From assembly GCF_963921235.1 (NCBI RefSeq), contig NC_086097.1, positions 45,820,001-45,884,000 of the forward strand: a stretch of DNA of 64,000 bases, in the 5' to 3' direction. Of the stretch, positions 61,543 through 64,000 are shown piece after piece. Under the pieces are notes generated by a model, which worked only from the letters and a program-made list of their open reading frames with translations, had not been told where the DNA came from and did not search any database. Both the position numbers and the translations under genes were made by a program. The stretch is from Mobula hypostoma (Eukaryota). Numbering within the stretch: position 1 is the first letter of the stretch; each line of letters opens with the position of its first letter.

Positions 61543-63199
61543 GTACCTCTTCCTATCGATGCTGCCTGGCCTGCTGCATTCACCAGCATTTTTTTATGTG
61601 TGTTGCTTGAATTTCTAGCATTTGCAGACTTCCTCGTGTTTGCGAATTTATTGTCCATGCAGTCGGTTTGTAAACGGCCCATGTCGTATATGAGATCCTA
61701 TTCTTATTAGGTGTGTTTAGACTCACCCTGACAGTGGAGAAGATTGAAGAGAGATAGATGAGTGTGGGAATTGAGAGGGAAATTGAAATGGATAGTATCT
61801 GAAAGCTCCAAAAGGCCATGGCAGAAAGAGTGTAGGTGCTTAGCAAAGCAGTTGACTAGTCTTTGCTTGGGCTTGCTAATGCACAGAAGGCCACATTAGG
61901 AGTACCGAATACAATAAACAAGTTTGGAAGCAATGCAGATAGCTCTGTACCTCATCTGGAAGGGTTGTTTAGGCCCTGGATGGTGGTGAGGGAGGAGTTA
62001 TCGGGAAAGATGTCACGTAACCTAGAGTTGCATTGGAAGTGTCAGGGGAGTGGTAAGTGGGAAAGGATGGGCGAACCAGCATGCTAGAGTTGCCCCTGTG
62101 CAGGAAGGTGTGAGATCATATTGTGAGTGGAGGAAATTTTGATGTAATGTGCTGAATGCATTGACCGGTGGGGTGAAAGGTGAGGACTAAGGCAACTCTA
62201 TTGTTCCCTCCATGAGGAGGTGGGGTCAAGGCAGAAAAGTGGGGAATAGAGATGTAAATCAACTATAGTGTGCATTTTCAGGAAAAGGATTTCATTTTGG
62301 ATACCCTGGTTCAATTTAATATCAGAGAATGTATACAGTATACAACCTGAAATTGTTATTCTTCGCAGACACCCTCGAAACAGAAGAAAAACATTAGAAC
62401 AGCAAAGTCTCCCCCTTCCCCTCCCACGCGCTACCAGCAGCAAAGCATCAACCATCGCCACTCATCCACCCCACTACTTCCAGCAAGAAGCATCAGTGCC
62501 CACCAGCCACCAGGCAAGCAAAAGCAAAGCCCCCAAGAAGACCATGATCTGCAGTCCAACAGAAACATCAGTCACCAAACAGTTCAACATGCCACAGGCA
62601 CTCTCTTACTAACAAGGGAGAGAGAAGTGTCACCCCTTGCACAGCGAGAGCGAAGATAAACAGATCGCTGTTTTGATGTTACAGTCTGATGTGACATTTA
62701 TTCGAACTCTCCCTACTCTAGAACCAGCAGACTTGCCCCCCCATCCCCATCGAGAGAGAGAGACAGAGGTTGCTCAAGTGCAGAGGCCTCTGACAGCCGT
62801 ACCCACAGTCTCGATGTTGCAATCTCCTGTGACGCTTCAGTTGGCGACACTGGCAAGGAATCGAGTCAATGAGTGCCACCTGAGGCTGCACCCCAAAAGT
62901 GCATGTCTTTAAGTCTGCTCCTGGAGATACTGAAAATGGCCAGTTGGTGAGCTCTGGGTCCAGGAATGTACCACCATGAGTACAGCTGTAGATCACTGAC
63001 TCAGACATGACCCTAGTCGCCTTGAAAAGGAAAAAAGAGGAATTTAAGCTGATTCACAGATAAGCTTGAAGTTGTCGCTCTCCGGTGTCATCTTAGTTCC
63101 TTCCCTCTTCTAGCCCTCAACTTGAGAAAGGATAGTGAAGAAAAAAATGACAGGAGGAGGTATAATCTAGTCCCTGGAGTTGTCGGATTTGAAGCAAAT

Positions 63200-63780
63200 A
63201 TCTGTGTTAGGTCCAGTGATAATTTTTTGAAGGGAAGGCGGTGGATGTTGTCTACGTGGATTTTTAGTAAGTCATTTGACAAGATCCCACATGGGAGGTT
63301 GATCAGGAAGGTTCATTCGCCTGGCATTCAGGATGAGGTAGTAAATTGGATTAGACATTGGCTTTGTGGGAGAAGCCAGAGAGTGGTAGTAGATGACTGG
63401 AGGCCTTTGGCCAATAGTGTGCCACATTGATTGGTGCTGTTGCTGTTTTGTCACCTATGTCAACAATCTGAATGATAACATGGTTAACTGGATTAGCAAA
63501 TTTGTGGGTGAAATAGACAGCAAGGAAGACTATCAAACTTGCGGGATCCGGATCAGCTGGAAAAATGGGCTGAAATATGTCAGATGGAATTTAACGCAGA
63601 CAAGTGCAGGATGATGTGCTTCAGTAGGGCCAACCAGGGTAGTGAGGAAGTAGTGACAGTAATGTACTTTGTTGGTCATAGTGGTCTTGCACAGTGAACG
63701 GTAGAGCACTGAGAAATGTGGTAAAATGAAGGGATTTGGTTATACAGGTCCATAATTCGTTGAAAGTGATTGCAGAGGTA
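63200..63780 (+). mobile_element. CR1 RT fragment
   Basis: FSKSFDKIPHGRLIRKV...NWIRHWL...QRVVV in ORF 63122. Confidence 0.8.
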
Positions 63781-64000
63781 GGGAGACTTCCGGTAGAGCT
63801 CATGGAGTGAAGTCGTGCTCTTGACTCGCTCCATTACCTCTGAGCTTTATCCTATGATCAGTTACATTTAAGCTAACTTTTAAGGCACCAACTTTTACAA
63901 TACCTTGCAGCGGATTGCTATTATATATTTGGATGTTTTTAAGGTCCGCTATGTCTAAGAACGGGAAAGACGGCAAACCTCCGGTTAGACCGAAAGTAAC
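63781..64000 (+). mobile_element. Probable 5' end of an L1/Tx1-type LINE (5' UTR and ORF1 start at 63951), running out of the window
   Basis: CR1 homology stops abruptly. New sequence begins gggagacttccggt...catgg, resembling fish L1 5' ends as I recall them; CpGs retained; open frame MSKNGKDGKPPVRPKV to the window end. Confidence 0.5.

Larger units (their letters stand above)
60904..61643. mobile_element. Fold-back Penelope remnant with two hammerheads, nested in an older Penelope copy
   Basis: Arms ~60909-61219 and ~61329-61605; 14-bp TSD gaatttatt(a/g)tcca at 60890-60903 and 61644-61657. Flanks (~60450-60890, 61644-~62300) are a decayed minus-strand Penelope. Confidence 0.88.

Overview
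Eukaryotic genomic DNA, about 40% GC by eye and very rich in repeats. The repeat families (CR1, Rex1/Babar-like, Neptune-type Penelope) suggest a cartilaginous fish, probably a ray or shark; this is inference. The only host gene I can support is RCOR1 (REST corepressor 1) on the + strand: a CpG-rich promoter near 24.1-24.4 kb, coding exons 1-2 (24399-24540, 24656-24712), a 31.4-kb intron 2 and exon 3 (56106-56186). Exon 4 was not found in the window. Almost every ORF in the supplied track is a transposon fragment or noise. Main points of interest: (1) a Penelope-like retroelement family whose terminus carries a minimal hammerhead ribozyme (CUGANGA-stem II-GAAA-C-GUC, palindromic ACGU helix III), inserted at least five times with 14-16 bp target duplications, mostly as fold-back structures and four times inside RCOR1 introns; (2) three related Helitrons, including one nested head-to-head in another that retains a decayed PIF1 helicase; (3) a decayed R4/Dong element, a solo LTR, a tRNA-derived SINE, two MITE types, a CR1-RTE chimeric insertion and a probable L1 5' end at the window edge. 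All coordinates were counted by eye and no database searches were run.
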